Positions 39,419 to 52,100 of a DNA stretch of 64,000 nt are shown piece by piece. The stretch is taken from NCBI GenBank assembly GCA_051294375.1, contig CM119269.1:2956026-3020025 (forward strand), written 5' to 3'. The position numbers and the translations under genes are program-made. How positions within the stretch are numbered: the first letter of the stretch is position 1; the number at the start of each line of letters is the position of its first letter. Under the pieces are notes generated by a model, which was not told where the DNA came from, searched no databases, and saw nothing but the letters and a program-made list of their open reading frames with translations. This DNA comes from Paraspadella gotoi. Its lineage: Eukaryota; Animalia; Chaetognatha.

Positions 39419-42400
39419 TTATCCTGGAAAGACCATTGATAAATCATGTAACAATGGCGATTTTCAAAAGGTATACTGTTCCAGCTTCATGTCATTTGTT
39501 CCCGTCATTGCTAATCCATATCATAAACTGTCATCTCTCATCCCTGTCATTCCTCTGTCAAGTCTCATCCCTGTCATTCCTCTGTCAAGTCTCATCCCTG
39601 TCATTCCTCTGTCAAGTCTCATCCCTGTCATTCCTCTGTCATCTCTCATCCCTGTCATTCCTCTGTCATTTCTCATCCCTGTCATTCCTCTGTCATCTCT
39701 CATCCCTGTACTTCCTCTGTCAAGTCTCATCCCTGTCATTCCTCTGTCAAGTCTCATCCCTGTCATTCTGTCATCTCTCATCCCAGTCATTCCTCTATCA
39801 TCTCTCATCTCTGTCATTCCTCTGTCAAGTCTCATCCCTGTCATTCCTCTGTCATTAACCCTCCAACCTTCCACTCACTCTTCTTCTTCTTCGTCGCCGG
39901 AAACGACTTCAACTTCCTCAACGACGATTGCGACGCTGATCTTCGCAACTCAGATTGTGACAATTCCGAGGAAGTGTCCGACGAGGGACGCGTCGTCCCT
40001 TCCACCGGCGTCTTCCCGCCTCCCGGGCCTCCGGGGCCTCCTGGCCCGCCGGCCGCTCCCCCGGGGGCGGCCCCCGCCCGTCCTCCTGAAAATTCGAGGC
40101 GGTTACGTTGCTTCGAGAGCGGTTTTGGGTAAATTAATGACCTTTATATTAATATTTCAATATCACTACTCATTTTATCGATTAAATTAATTTAAATAAG
40201 ACCTTTTCTCACGGTGGGCGGAGTTCTCCTTTCTTCCGTCGTCTGCTTTTTAATTGCTTTGTCGCCATCTTCCAGCTGTAGAGGCATCTTACGAAGACAA
40301 AAGGACAGTTTGGTGAATTGGAAAAAAAGAGGAATGTGAAAGAAGAGGAGGGAGGGAGGGAGGGAGGGAGGGAGGGGAGGGAGAGAGAGAAGAAGAGAGA
40401 GAGACAGAGAGAGGAGAGAGACCCATGTTTTGTGGATCAGATCGAGTCACCGGGGTCCGGGGAGGGAGGGGTGACGAGAAAAAGATCTCTTTATAAAAGA
40501 GAGGAGAAGAGCGAGAGAGAAGACGAGAAAAAGAGAGGGAGAGGAGAAAAAGGAAAAAAAGAGAGAGAGGAGATAAAGAAGAGAGGAGAGATAGGAGAGA
40601 GAGAGAGAGAGCGCAGTGCAGAAGATAAGAAAAAAGAGATCACACCGGTTTAGTTTTTTTTGGGAAATATTTAGTTAAAAATTGTTCCGCAGATGTTTTG
40701 ATTTTTTTGTAGCACTTTCGAAATATTAATTAATTGACAATACTTCTAAAATGTAATCATTCATATTAAAAAAAAATATTCGCAATATCAATTAATCATT
40801 AGCCAATGTATCGTTTAAAAATGGGAAAATCCAAGAAAAAAAAAAACCTTAGTCCTTGAAAAAAGCTCTAACCGCTTCGAGCGGCGCCCATAACAACCAA
40901 ACAAACACCATATCGAGATTGGATTCGACAGGTTTTACGAGAAAAAAATAGTTGAATGCGATTTCGGCCAATCAGCTCCCGTTTCCAAACGGATTAGACC
41001 AATCAAAACCTTTTTTTTTTTGCTATCTTTGAATTCTGGAAAACGAGGAGAAAAAAGCGACTTCCCCCGTGCACCCTTGAATTAATTAGTTTGTTGTGGC
41101 AATGTTGCCACATCGTGTCTATGAGGCAGCATTCTGTAGAAATCAATTAGAAGAAAGACGAAGGATTTGAAAGAAAAATAATAAGTTTATAACGATTAAT
41201 CAAAATCAAGGAAAGAACAAAACAAAAGGTTTTTTCTCCCTCGTTCTTTTTTTTTTTTTTTTTTAAACGTGTATCCGTCTCGCCATCTCGTGCCACAAGT
41301 CATGGTGTTCGTTCGCTATGATCGTCAATTTGGTTTTTCGAACACGAATCGCGTGCTGAACGGACTATCGCTCTCTCGTGAGCATGAGAGAATTATTTCG
41401 GATATTATTCAAAAGGTAATTGATTTATTAGTTACTAGTACAATGAGTTAAGGTCCTCGCCGAATAAAAACTCCCGTTGAGCTCTCTCGAGTAGGTAGAA
41501 TAGTTTCTCTCAAAAGTTAGTTGTAATAATAAAAGTAGGTAACTTTATACAATCATACAATACTACTACAATTATTGGGCTTTAAACACAGCAATTGTGT
41601 GGATTCTTCGTTTTTTGGAAGTGAGAAAGTAGAACCCGATCAGAAAATTGAATCGCCACATTAGATATAAGTTCGTATTTAAAATAATGCTGTGTCGTTT
41701 TGAAAAAAAAAAACAAAAAAAAAACTAAAAAAACTCACTCTTTGACGTTCTGCTGTCAGGTTTGCTTTTGTCAGCCGCCGCCACTGTCGCCACCGTCGCG
41801 TCGGACGTGACTGGACTTTGTCTTCCACTGCTCGGATGCTCTTTTGTTTCCTTTGTTTCCTTTGTTTCCTTCGATGCCGAGGGGATCCGGCTTTGAGTCT
41901 GGCTCTTAGAACCTTTTAAAAAAAGAATAAAAGCGGAGAAAAGAAATAAAGAAACTGTAATTAAGTTGATGTAAAGTTAGAAAAAAGTTGGTTTTTTTTC
42001 GTGGTAAATGTCTAGATTATTCGAGAGGCTTTGTTTCGCAGCTTGGTCGTTTTTAAAATTTATCTCTACTTTAAAGAAGTTAATTTATTTATTTTTTTTT
42101 ACCTTCATTTTCAATAAAAGTTTGAATCTAAAAAGTCAAAACAAAGACAGGCAGGTGAAAGCGCGACGACCCGCTTTCTGATTAAATTTCACGCGAATCT
42201 GCTTTTTTTGTTTTCACTTAACTAACAAAAAAAGAGAGAAAAACTATTTGAAAATCTTAAAATTTAAACGACGCAAACGTCAATTTTAAAACATTCGTTC
42301 ACAATTTCATCGAATTTAATTTTATGAAAAAAAAACGAATACTAATCAATAACGATGTGAATTTTAAAAACGAGTTGCCTACCTTTAATCCCTTCCTCCT

Positions 42401-42428
42401 TCTTTGTCCTTTTTGGTTTTTCCGACAT
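39419..42428 (-). CDS. Orphan basic low-complexity protein, about 143 aa
   Basis: Exons 42428-42383, 41912-41739, 40085-39879, 39423-39419 are joined by phase-1 GT-AG introns: MSEKPKRTKKEEGIKGSKSQ...GGPGGPGGPGGG...RKLKSFPATKKKKR*. An alternative ATG exon at 40287-40203 also ends in phase 1. No recognised domain. Confidence 0.5.
39527..39857. repeat. 27-bp minisatellite, about 12 copies
   Basis: Unit TCTCATCCCTGTCATTCCTCTGTCA(AG/TC); lies in the last intron of the orphan model. Confidence 0.95.
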
Positions 42429-42660
42429 TTTCGTCTTCGTCGTCGTCGTCGTCGTCGTCGCTACTAATTTGATTGAGATGCAGACTTTTTTGCCGCCAAA
42501 CTTGGCGAGGAAATGCAATTTCCCGTCGTTAGCGGAGAAAGGCGATGAAAAGGCAATGGGGACGCTAATTGGTGCGACGATGGTGAATGAAAAGAAAAGA
42601 AGGGAGAGGGCGTCGAGGGTGTGACGATTCACGGGATGATAATCTGTGATTATTCTCGAG

Positions 42661-42668
42661 TGACGTCA
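42661..42668. promoter_or_regulatory. CRE palindrome upstream of the orphan gene
   Basis: TGACGTCA, ~230 bp upstream of ATG 42428, with further ACGTCA/TGACG half sites at ~42828-42905. Confidence 0.35.
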
Positions 42669-43210
42669 CTTCACTCACTGAATTCACTTTTCAGAGTTCA
42701 CTCAGCTCGGAATTTTTTGGGGGCGCCATCGTGCGTACCAATAAACAAAATGAAAATAATTTGTTTCTGCTTTTTTTTCCTTTTTCTTTTTTCTGGTCAG
42801 CGTCTCCACAGATAAGAGATTCCTCAAACGTCAGACGTCAAGTGTCACCCGTCACCCTCTAGAGGGCGTGACGTTTGTGTCACTTCACTTCATTTCTGAC
42901 GTGATCCTCGGAAGGGGGGGGGAAGAGGTTTGCTCCATTAACGGCGTCACTTTGTGCAACTAGGTTTTTTTTCTTCCTCGGCGCTATGGTTTTAACGACG
43001 ACGCCGGCGGAAGAGAGAACAGCGCCGAGGGCCGAGAGACGGCGCCGAAAGCGGAGAGGAGGAATACGACGCCGACGACGCCGAAGATTTACGAGTCTCA
43101 CGTTTTGATGTCGGGAAAACAGGAGACGATTTTTAATGACGTCGTAACTCAAAACACCTCGAAGAAAAAACTGAAAATAAATGGGAGACGAAAGGGGGAC
43201 AGAGAGAGAG

Positions 43211-43279
<69 letters not shown>

Positions 43280-43620
43280 AGAGAAAGAAAGAAAGAAAGA
43301 AGAAAGAAAGAAAGAAAGAAAGAAAGAAGAAATAAGAAAGAAAGAAAGAAAAGAAAGAAAGAAAGAAAGAAAGAAAGAGGAAGAAAGAAGAAAGAAAGAA
43401 AGAAGAAAAGAAGAAAGAAAGAAGGAGAGAGAGAGAGAGAGAATCTGACAATAATCTTTTCAATAAAAACGAAAGGATCAACTTACCCTAACGATGCTGC
43501 CGACTTTTCAAGAAGGAAATCTTTCGTTGAGAAGGAATCGAGGAAAAACCGAAATTACCTTCCGGGTGGCGACGACGTTTGGGTTCGTGTTCAGGGCGCG
43601 AGGTAAGTTCCCAGTGCGCC

Positions 43621-43659
<39 letters not shown>

Positions 43660-44022
43660 ATCTTTCGACCTTTCGTCGAAGGCCGACCCTACGAGGTGGC
43701 ACTAGTATTTTTACTTATGGGTTTAAAAAGAAAGAGCGTAGAATGAGCTACGATGCCACCAGGTCGCTGTCCGGTTTTTTGAGACTTTTCTCGAGGGAGG
43801 GGGTAACATTGTTTATTTCCAAGATCGTCGTCGTCGTCGTCGTCGTCGTCGTCATCTTTGTCGTCGCGTGACCCGAGTAACGACTCTTTTAAACTTTTAT
43901 TAGAAGGAAGGAAAACACACCGTGTTTTAAGAGTATGACCTTGCAAATATACTTGTATTCTCAGCATATTTTTAGAAAATATTTAACAGACAAAGAGTTA
44001 AAAAATTGAGAATTGAGAAAGA

Positions 44023-44113
<91 letters not shown>

Positions 44114-45472
44114 CTTACTCCAACCAAGCCGTGTCAGAATTTTATCTCCAGTTTCCATGACGGAGTCCGAATCAATTTACGGTTTAATTTCTCAAAAATT
44201 AAACGAATTTTGAATTGACTTTTCATTTTAAAGTCAAAGAGGTCGACCTCAGACACGCCATAGAATTTAAGATTCGTCTGAGTCAAGAAAAATCTAGATA
44301 TTTTTGAAATGAGAGCGTTTTAAATTAGAAGGTTCGATTGAGACGTTCTTCCGTGAGGATTCGGAAAGAGAATTTTCCGGGGTTAGTTATTACTATTATT
44401 AGTAGTTATTATTATTAGTTCGATTCCATCGACGATAAAAACGTCGGAATTCTTCCCAGATTAAAAGGCCCGCCGTAAATCAGGCACTGACTTTGATGTC
44501 AGCGAGATTCAGAAGTAGAAATAAGTCAAACGCCTTAAATTCCCTCCCTACGCTTCCTTCCTTCTCTTCTTCCTTCTTTCCCTTCTTCCTCTTCCTCTCT
44601 TTCTTCTCCATGAAATCTTAATAACTCTCTTATTGTCTTCACTCATTAACATATCTTTTCATCTTTTTTTATAATCTTCATTTTGACACATCGCTTCTTT
44701 GCTTCGATCTCACTTTCTAATTTCAACTAACTCCTTTTTTAAAATTTAGTTTTATATTTCCCTTTGATATATAATATATATTATCTTCTTACTTCTGGTC
44801 CTAACACTCTCCCTTCTTCTCCTTCTCCCCCCTTTCTCCAGCTACCACCTACCTCCACTCCACCATTTAAAGTTCATTGTTCAACGTTCATTCCATCTCC
44901 CTCTCCCACTTTAAAACCACAGTCCCTCTCTATTCGTGTCAAAGACTCATTTTAATCAGTGGGTTTTGACTAATACTCTGTACTACGCGGAGAGAAAAAC
45001 CCGCTCTCCTCCCATGAGAGATGCTTTCAAGGCCGCTTCTCCTTCGTAGACCTCATTCTATGTCGTTTCAATCCTCATTTATTCTTTTTTTTTCTTTTCT
45101 AGAAGAAAAACTGGGATTTAATTATTCTGATCTTCGATAAGAGAAAAGTATTTCGTTGCCAAGCTGCTCTAAAGAATATCTATTTGGAATGTATTTGTTT
45201 GTTAATTATTTATTCATAAATTCGTTGATTAATGAACAAAGGACTTAAATTCAACTGTCATTTATAAATTACTAAAACTTCTAGCACCTAACACGGAGAA
45301 AAAAATAGTTTTTTTTTTCATTTTTAAAAAATAGTTTGAGAGAGAACTCCTTTTCGTGTTGACAACGGACAAATAATCGTTAACGCTCTGTGTATACATC
45401 GCCTCGGGCGCCTGGCCCGAGCCTTGAGTCGAAGACAGGCGCCACCCTAGCGTCAGGCTTCAGGCGAAAAAG

Positions 45473-47930
45473 ATGGAAACTCCCAAAACATCGTCGTTTT
45501 TATCCCTGTTGAAAAAGGGAAAAGAGACTCTGGAACCTTCGGCCAATCATCAATCGAACAACGCCAAGTAAGTTTATTTCCGTTCAGCTTCTATAAAACT
45601 TCCGCCAATTACCTACTAATCTCATCTTTCGAAGGCTTTTCTCGATTTTCATCTCATTTCTCTTTCCTTTCATCCCTCTCTCCGCTTTTTTTTGGGTTTT
45701 TTTTTGGTCTGTCAAAAGCTGTCACCGCTAAGACTTTCTTAGGAGAAAAATCAGCGCCTCTGGCTCTTTACTCGGATTCTGATTCAAATTTAAAAAAAAA
45801 GAACAAAAATGGCAGAGTTTTCTCGAGTCCTAGGGAGAGATACTTTTCACTCTTTTGGTGCGAGATATAATTTTTTTTTTATCAAGACCCTTAAATTTGT
45901 TTTGGATTGATTAAAAAAGGACATCAAAATAATTTTTAATTGATTGCGCATCTGCAAAATACTAACTTACTCAAGTTTTTATCAGGCACATAGGCTGAAA
46001 TTTTAACATTATGAATAAACTTATTAAAAATTAAGAGAGATCCCGACCGACCGACCAAAAATTAAATCAAATTGTCATGGTACGAGACTTAAGTTTCTTA
46101 TGATAATCTGAGACGTAATCCCAGTTCGTGTTTCTCTCCCGAAGTTAATCATTCATGACGGTTATGATGTTCTTTTGAGGTTTTTTTTTTACTTTCCATT
46201 TTCTCCGGCAACAACCAGAAGGTTTTATAATTTTTTGAAGGCTTTGTTTGTAAAGCGAGAATTCAAGACGTATATCGTTATTTCGAGTAACGGTAAGTTT
46301 TATTCTTGTTCATTGTTCACTTCTCTAATTTCTCCTAGAAACAAACCACGCCTACTTCCTTCGTTGATATATTTAAAATTCTCTCCACGTGACCTGTAAA
46401 GTTTATTGTTTCATGTAACGATATTACCGAATCGCGTTTAAACATGACGTGTTATTCATTGTGGTTATTAAACGTTATTTCTTTCTCCTTGCGACTAAAG
46501 GAGACTTTTTCCTTCTTCCTTTCTCTGAGGTAAAATCTTTCACAGATTGTTTAAACTTTACATTTCACCTTTTTCACCTTTTCAGATCCCTGGTTCAGTT
46601 CCAATCTCACTCCGACTCGGCCACCTCCATCAAAGTGGACGAGGTGTTCGGGCTTGATCATCTTCACAGACTCATGAGAGACTTCGAGTCTCACATCCCC
46701 AAGACCCCCTCGCTGAACAGCATCCCGGTCAGGCAGAAGAAGAGAAGGTGAGTGGAAGAGAATTTTATAGTGTAAGTTATGACGACAAACCGTTGTGTTT
46801 CGATCTCATTCAATATAAGTTAAATATATATATAATAAGTTCAATTTTTTCATTGATATGGTTTTTTATCTTTTATCTGTCACATTATCAGTAAGGTATC
46901 TGATGACATGAAACAGTTTTTCCCTTTTCTTTCCCTTTCCTTTCTCTTTCCTTTCTCTCTTTTTTATCTTTCCTTTCTCTTTTCTTTCTCTTTCCTTTCC
47001 CTTTCTTTTCCTTTTCCTTTCATTTCTCTTTCCTTTCTCTTTCCTTTCCCTTTCTTTTCCTTTCCCTTTCATTTCTCTTTCCTTTCTCTTACTTTTCTTT
47101 TTCCTTTCCCTTTCTCTTTCCTTACTCTTTCCTTTCCCTTTCCTTTCTCTTTTCTTTCTCTTTCTTTTTTCTTTCCTTCACCCAATCTAAAATGATGCCA
47201 ACCGATCTTAATTTTAATTCCTTTCCCTCCCTTTCGCTCATCCTCTGCTTTTCCCTATCTTTCGGGTTCTCCCTTCATCTCTCTCTCCCTTCGATTCACC
47301 CTCTCCCTCTCCCTCTCGTCTCAGGAACAAATACATCTTCTACCCGGAAGAAGAAAAACCGGCCAAACCGCCCGAAGGCCACATGAGGCTGAAGGAATTC
47401 AAAGCGGCCATCGCGAAATTGCTCGGCACGAATCAGTTGGACGCACAGATGGACAAACTCTTTCAGAAAGTAAGTCACTTAGTTTCCGGTCAATACTCGA
47501 TTTTATTTTTTACATTTTTATGCACAAATATTATAGTTGTTTGTATATTTCTCAGATCGACTCCTCTTGCGACGGGGTCGTCAACTGGGACGAATTTTGC
47601 ACATTTACGCTGCTGCAGGTGTTAAAGATGGCGAAAAACTTTGAATATATATATATGTTTTTTAATTTGAGACATACTTTCGCAAAGAAGGACTGACCTG
47701 TTGCTAAATAAAGTTCTATGTCTGTATTGTGAAATTTCGCAACTGACGATTCACCTCCTCCTCCTCCTCAGCTCCGCGACAAGGAGCATCGAGTGGATCG
47801 TCGATCCTCGGGAGTCTTCGCCGGCGAACCTCGCATCCGCCACATCCTCCACAACAGACAGGAGATCACCGTCAAGATGGTGGTGATGGAGAACCCAACC
47901 AAGTTCCTCTCCATCAGCAGAGACGGTGAA

Positions 47931-48011
<81 letters not shown>

Positions 48012-49101
48012 CTCTCCTAAAAAAGTAAAAGCTCATAAGCTTGACTCAACTGATAGGCGAGATGGGCGTTTGGGACAACTGGCTTCGCCTGGAGAAGATC
48101 TACTCGATGGCGAATCGGCGCGAGGAAGATCCGCGCGGCGGAAGCCTCTCGCCCAAGAAGAGACTCAGGATGTGGGTCACCGATTGCGTCTTCATGGCCA
48201 ATTGTCACAAACTCGCCGTCGCCACCACTTGCAGGTGGGCCGGTGTGGATCCGGACAGGCGGCAGATTGAGTTGGTCTGGCCTTGCCAATTGTACATTTT
48301 ACGGAATTATAAAATCGGTATCTTTAATTAATTCTATTTTACGAATTCAAGGGACATTTGGTTCTACGACATTTCCACCAACTCTTTCATGGAACAATTC
48401 CATCTGTACGCCCTTCCTTACGTGCCGAGCTCTCTTTTTTACAGGTAACTGCGATTGTCTCTTCTATATTTGATAAAGATCCAAAGCTGGAATAGAGATG
48501 AGAAATTAAGATGAAAGTCGTGAGACTCTTCTGTGAACTTTCAGCGCCTCCGGAAGCGAGTCACACCTCATCGTTGGTGATGATGGAGGAAACGTTCACG
48601 TCTTCACTTTTCTGCAGCCGATCACTGGTGAGATGAATGTGAGGGGTTTTTGTGAAGACTGTACGAAGGAAAAGACAGTAAAAGCCTGAGACAGTTTACC
48701 AATTATAATAATTTAATTAACGATGATGGTTTTCACCTTAAATTCTCTCTTTCCACCTTGATTTTTTTCCACTCCACCACCTTCCACTTAACAACCACAG
48801 CGCTGTTCGAAGTGCCCTTCAAGGCGCAGGGCGAGGCTCTTCAAAAGGTCTACATGAAAGAGATTTCTGCCCACGCGCGTTTCGTGCGTCACTCGCACTA
48901 CGCCGACGTGCACCGTGACGCTGTTAGGGGCGTAGTCTTTGCGCGCGAAAGCCGGTCAATCATCTCGTGCTCTAACGATCCCCAGGTAAAAGACAGAAAG
49001 AAAGAAAGACAGAAAAAAAAACAAGAAAAGAAAGAAGAAGGAAAAATGAAAAGTAAATAAAAATTTAGAAAAATAGAAGAGAGAATAGAGAAGTAGAAAA
49101 T

Positions 49102-49132
<31 letters not shown>

Positions 49133-52100
49133 AANNNNNNNNNNNNNNNNNNNNGAAAGAAAGAAAGAAAGAAAGAAAGTCAGTCAGTCAGTCAATTTCT
49201 TCTCCAGCGTTCCGTCGTCATACAAGACATGGACGGGCGTCGACCGCCCTACGTGTTTCGCGTGCCGCGCGGGGTGGAATGCTTCGACTTCAGCAAAGAG
49301 GCCAACATCCTGGCGACGGGTTCGGCCGATCATCTCGTCCGTCTTTGGAATCCTTACTGCGTGGGGCGGCCGACAACCCTGCTGAGGGGCCACGCTACGG
49401 GCGTCTCGGCCGTACGGGTCGAGGCCAGGGAGAGGAGAGTTTACAGGTTAGATTTGATTGATTGATTGATTGAGGATTTTTATACTGCTTGACTCATTTA
49501 TTATTTCGCCGATTGACTGATAGATTGAATAAACGATTTATCGATTTCTTTTCCAGTTATTCCAAAGACGCCGTCCTCAAAGTCTGGGACGCCGTCGACG
49601 CCGTCTGCCTCCACACGGTGGCGCTCAAGTTCCCCTCGGCGATGCTGGGAAAATTGCCTGAGCAAGGGTGACGACTGACTCGGGGGATGCTTGAGGGAGC
49701 GGGGTTGGGTGATGTCGGCATGGCCCCTGGCTCGGTGCTGTGAATCAATTGATAGAGAGACGAGAAATGGATTTTGGAAAGATTTAAACTTAAGTTAGGA
49801 GAATTTGAAATCAAATTTAATGTTATTAATTGATTTATTTTGTTTCCTTCCCTCCCACCCGCGCAGATCTTTCCCTCTCTCCCTCCTCTCTTCTCCCAGC
49901 GATTGCCTCCTCGTCACGTGTTCCGATTACATCGCGAGGATCCAACTCGTCAACAACGACGACGACGGCGACGGACGACGCCACGGAACGAAAGCGGCGC
50001 CACGGCGCGGTTTCGTTACTCACTCGGCGCCCATCGCTTCCGCTGCCGTCGCCGCCGCCGCAGCCTCTTCGGGGAGGACGCCGCAATTGTTGGTGAGAAA
50101 ATGACAGAATCGACAAATGGAAGATTAAAAAATCATGTTGTTGCGGGCGACATTGTGCATTGTGCAATTAAGTAACTTAGTAACAACACAATAAAAAGTT
50201 GTCGTTACCGTTTGTATTATTTTTTTGTAGAAGGTAGAAAAAGGTGCAGGAAAATTCAATATATTTTTTAAAGCAATTTCTTCACCCATCGATTCCTCTC
50301 CCCACCCAAATTCTTACCCCACATCCCCTTCCCCATAGGGTATGTCAAAATCTAAAAGTTGTTCCGATATAAATAGGTTTGCACGAATCGCCATTCAAAT
50401 TATGGATGCTGTTGTGGAGCCGTAAGATGTAGTAGAGACTTGAAATTTTAATATAGTTAACTTTGCACATTTTTTCAAAGAATAAATTAAGGTGGACGTC
50501 AAAATCTCTCATAATTTAGACAAAGCGACTTATGATGTGAAAGGTGTGCTAAACTGTCAAGGGCAGACGTAAGGGTGTTAGACCAATTTGAATGGCGATT
50601 CGTGTAAACCCATTTGTTTTGGCCCTGCCACATCGTGTTAGATGTAAATTAAAATAAGAACAACTTTTAGATTTTGACACACCCTACCTTCCCCATATCC
50701 CCCCACCTCTTCTCTCCCCCCCCCCATCAACGCTTGACCTCTCGACACCCCGAAGTTGGTGACGGCGGCCGCGGACTCGTCCGTTTCCGTGTGGGACGCA
50801 TCCACGGGCGACGCCGTCAGCGCCGTCGTTTCCGCCCACGACGACGCCGAGGTCACGTGCGTGGCGTTCGACGCCGCGGGGCGCCGCGTCATTAGCGGCG
50901 CTCGAAACGGCGGCGTCAGGACATGGAACGCGCAGTCCGGACATCAGCTTCAGGTGCGACTCATTTGTAGAGGTCAAAATCCAAGACTTAAAATTTAAAC
51001 TCAAACTTCAAATTGCAATTTGACGAGATAATTTCATTACTGTTACTTTTAAACAAAATTTTCATTGTTAATCGTTGTATCCGTGTTTATAATCGAATGA
51101 GATGTAAATTACAAAATTACCAAATTTCTTCCTAACGAGAGAATTTCGTTTTCAGTCGCTCATAATTAGCGATGACAAACCTGGCGTAGAAATTTGCTAA
51201 TGAGATAACTTTAAATTTATGATAAAAAAAAACTCCAGAAACCAACAGAAGTGTTTTAAAAACGTAATAAAAATCTGGTTTACATAGTGTAGTGCAACGT
51301 GTTTTTTTGCCGGACACGTTTTGAACATATTGTTTTTAAATATTTATTCGTTTTATTTATTTATTTCGCAATAAGAAAAAACTCAAAAATAAACAAAGAG
51401 ATCGAGAAAAACACCCCGACCAAAGTCTTAACCAAAATATACATCTAAAACTAAACCTAAATCTAAATCAAAATCTAAATTAAAGTCTAAATCAAAATCT
51501 AAATCCAAACCAAAATCTAAACCAAAATCTAAATCAAAACCAAAAATACCCTAAACTTCCCACAGGAGTTGGAGGCGGTGGGCGAAGTGGACGTGACGGG
51601 AGTCTTGGCCGTCGACGACTCCAAGTCCATCGTCGCCGTCGGTTGGAGTCGGAAGATCGTCAAGTACGACGACGGGCATCCCGAGGATCACACCGTCAAG
51701 GCCGACCTCAAGTGGAAGGGCGGACAGGTAGAGTGAAATGAGTGTGGAATGTCAAGAGGTTTTCACTTGAACATTTTATTTCTCTCTCTCTCTCTCTCTC
51801 TCTACTATTTACGACGTGTTTCATGTAACGACAGCTTCATCGCGACGACATCGTGACCATCGTCCAGTGCACGCCCTCTATGATCGCGACTGCGAGTTTC
51901 GACGGGGAGATTATCCTTTGGCATCTCGACACCGAGAAGCCCTTCAAAAGGCTCAAGAGGCCGACCGCTTCGGGTGAGAAGTCCGAAGAGGAACGTCAAC
52001 GAAGATTCACGTGATTCACTTTTCTTTGTTTTTTTTTTCTCGCAGAATCGACGTCGAAAATCGATCCCAACGCGACGCCCTCCACCGTCGATGCGCTTTT

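Noticed and set aside
39088-39857. Regular repeats resembling a CRISPR array; repeat ORFs (SSLIPVIPL)n and (DRGMTGMR)n
   Set aside because: Head-to-tail minisatellites with no unique spacers, in a eukaryotic context with no cas genes.
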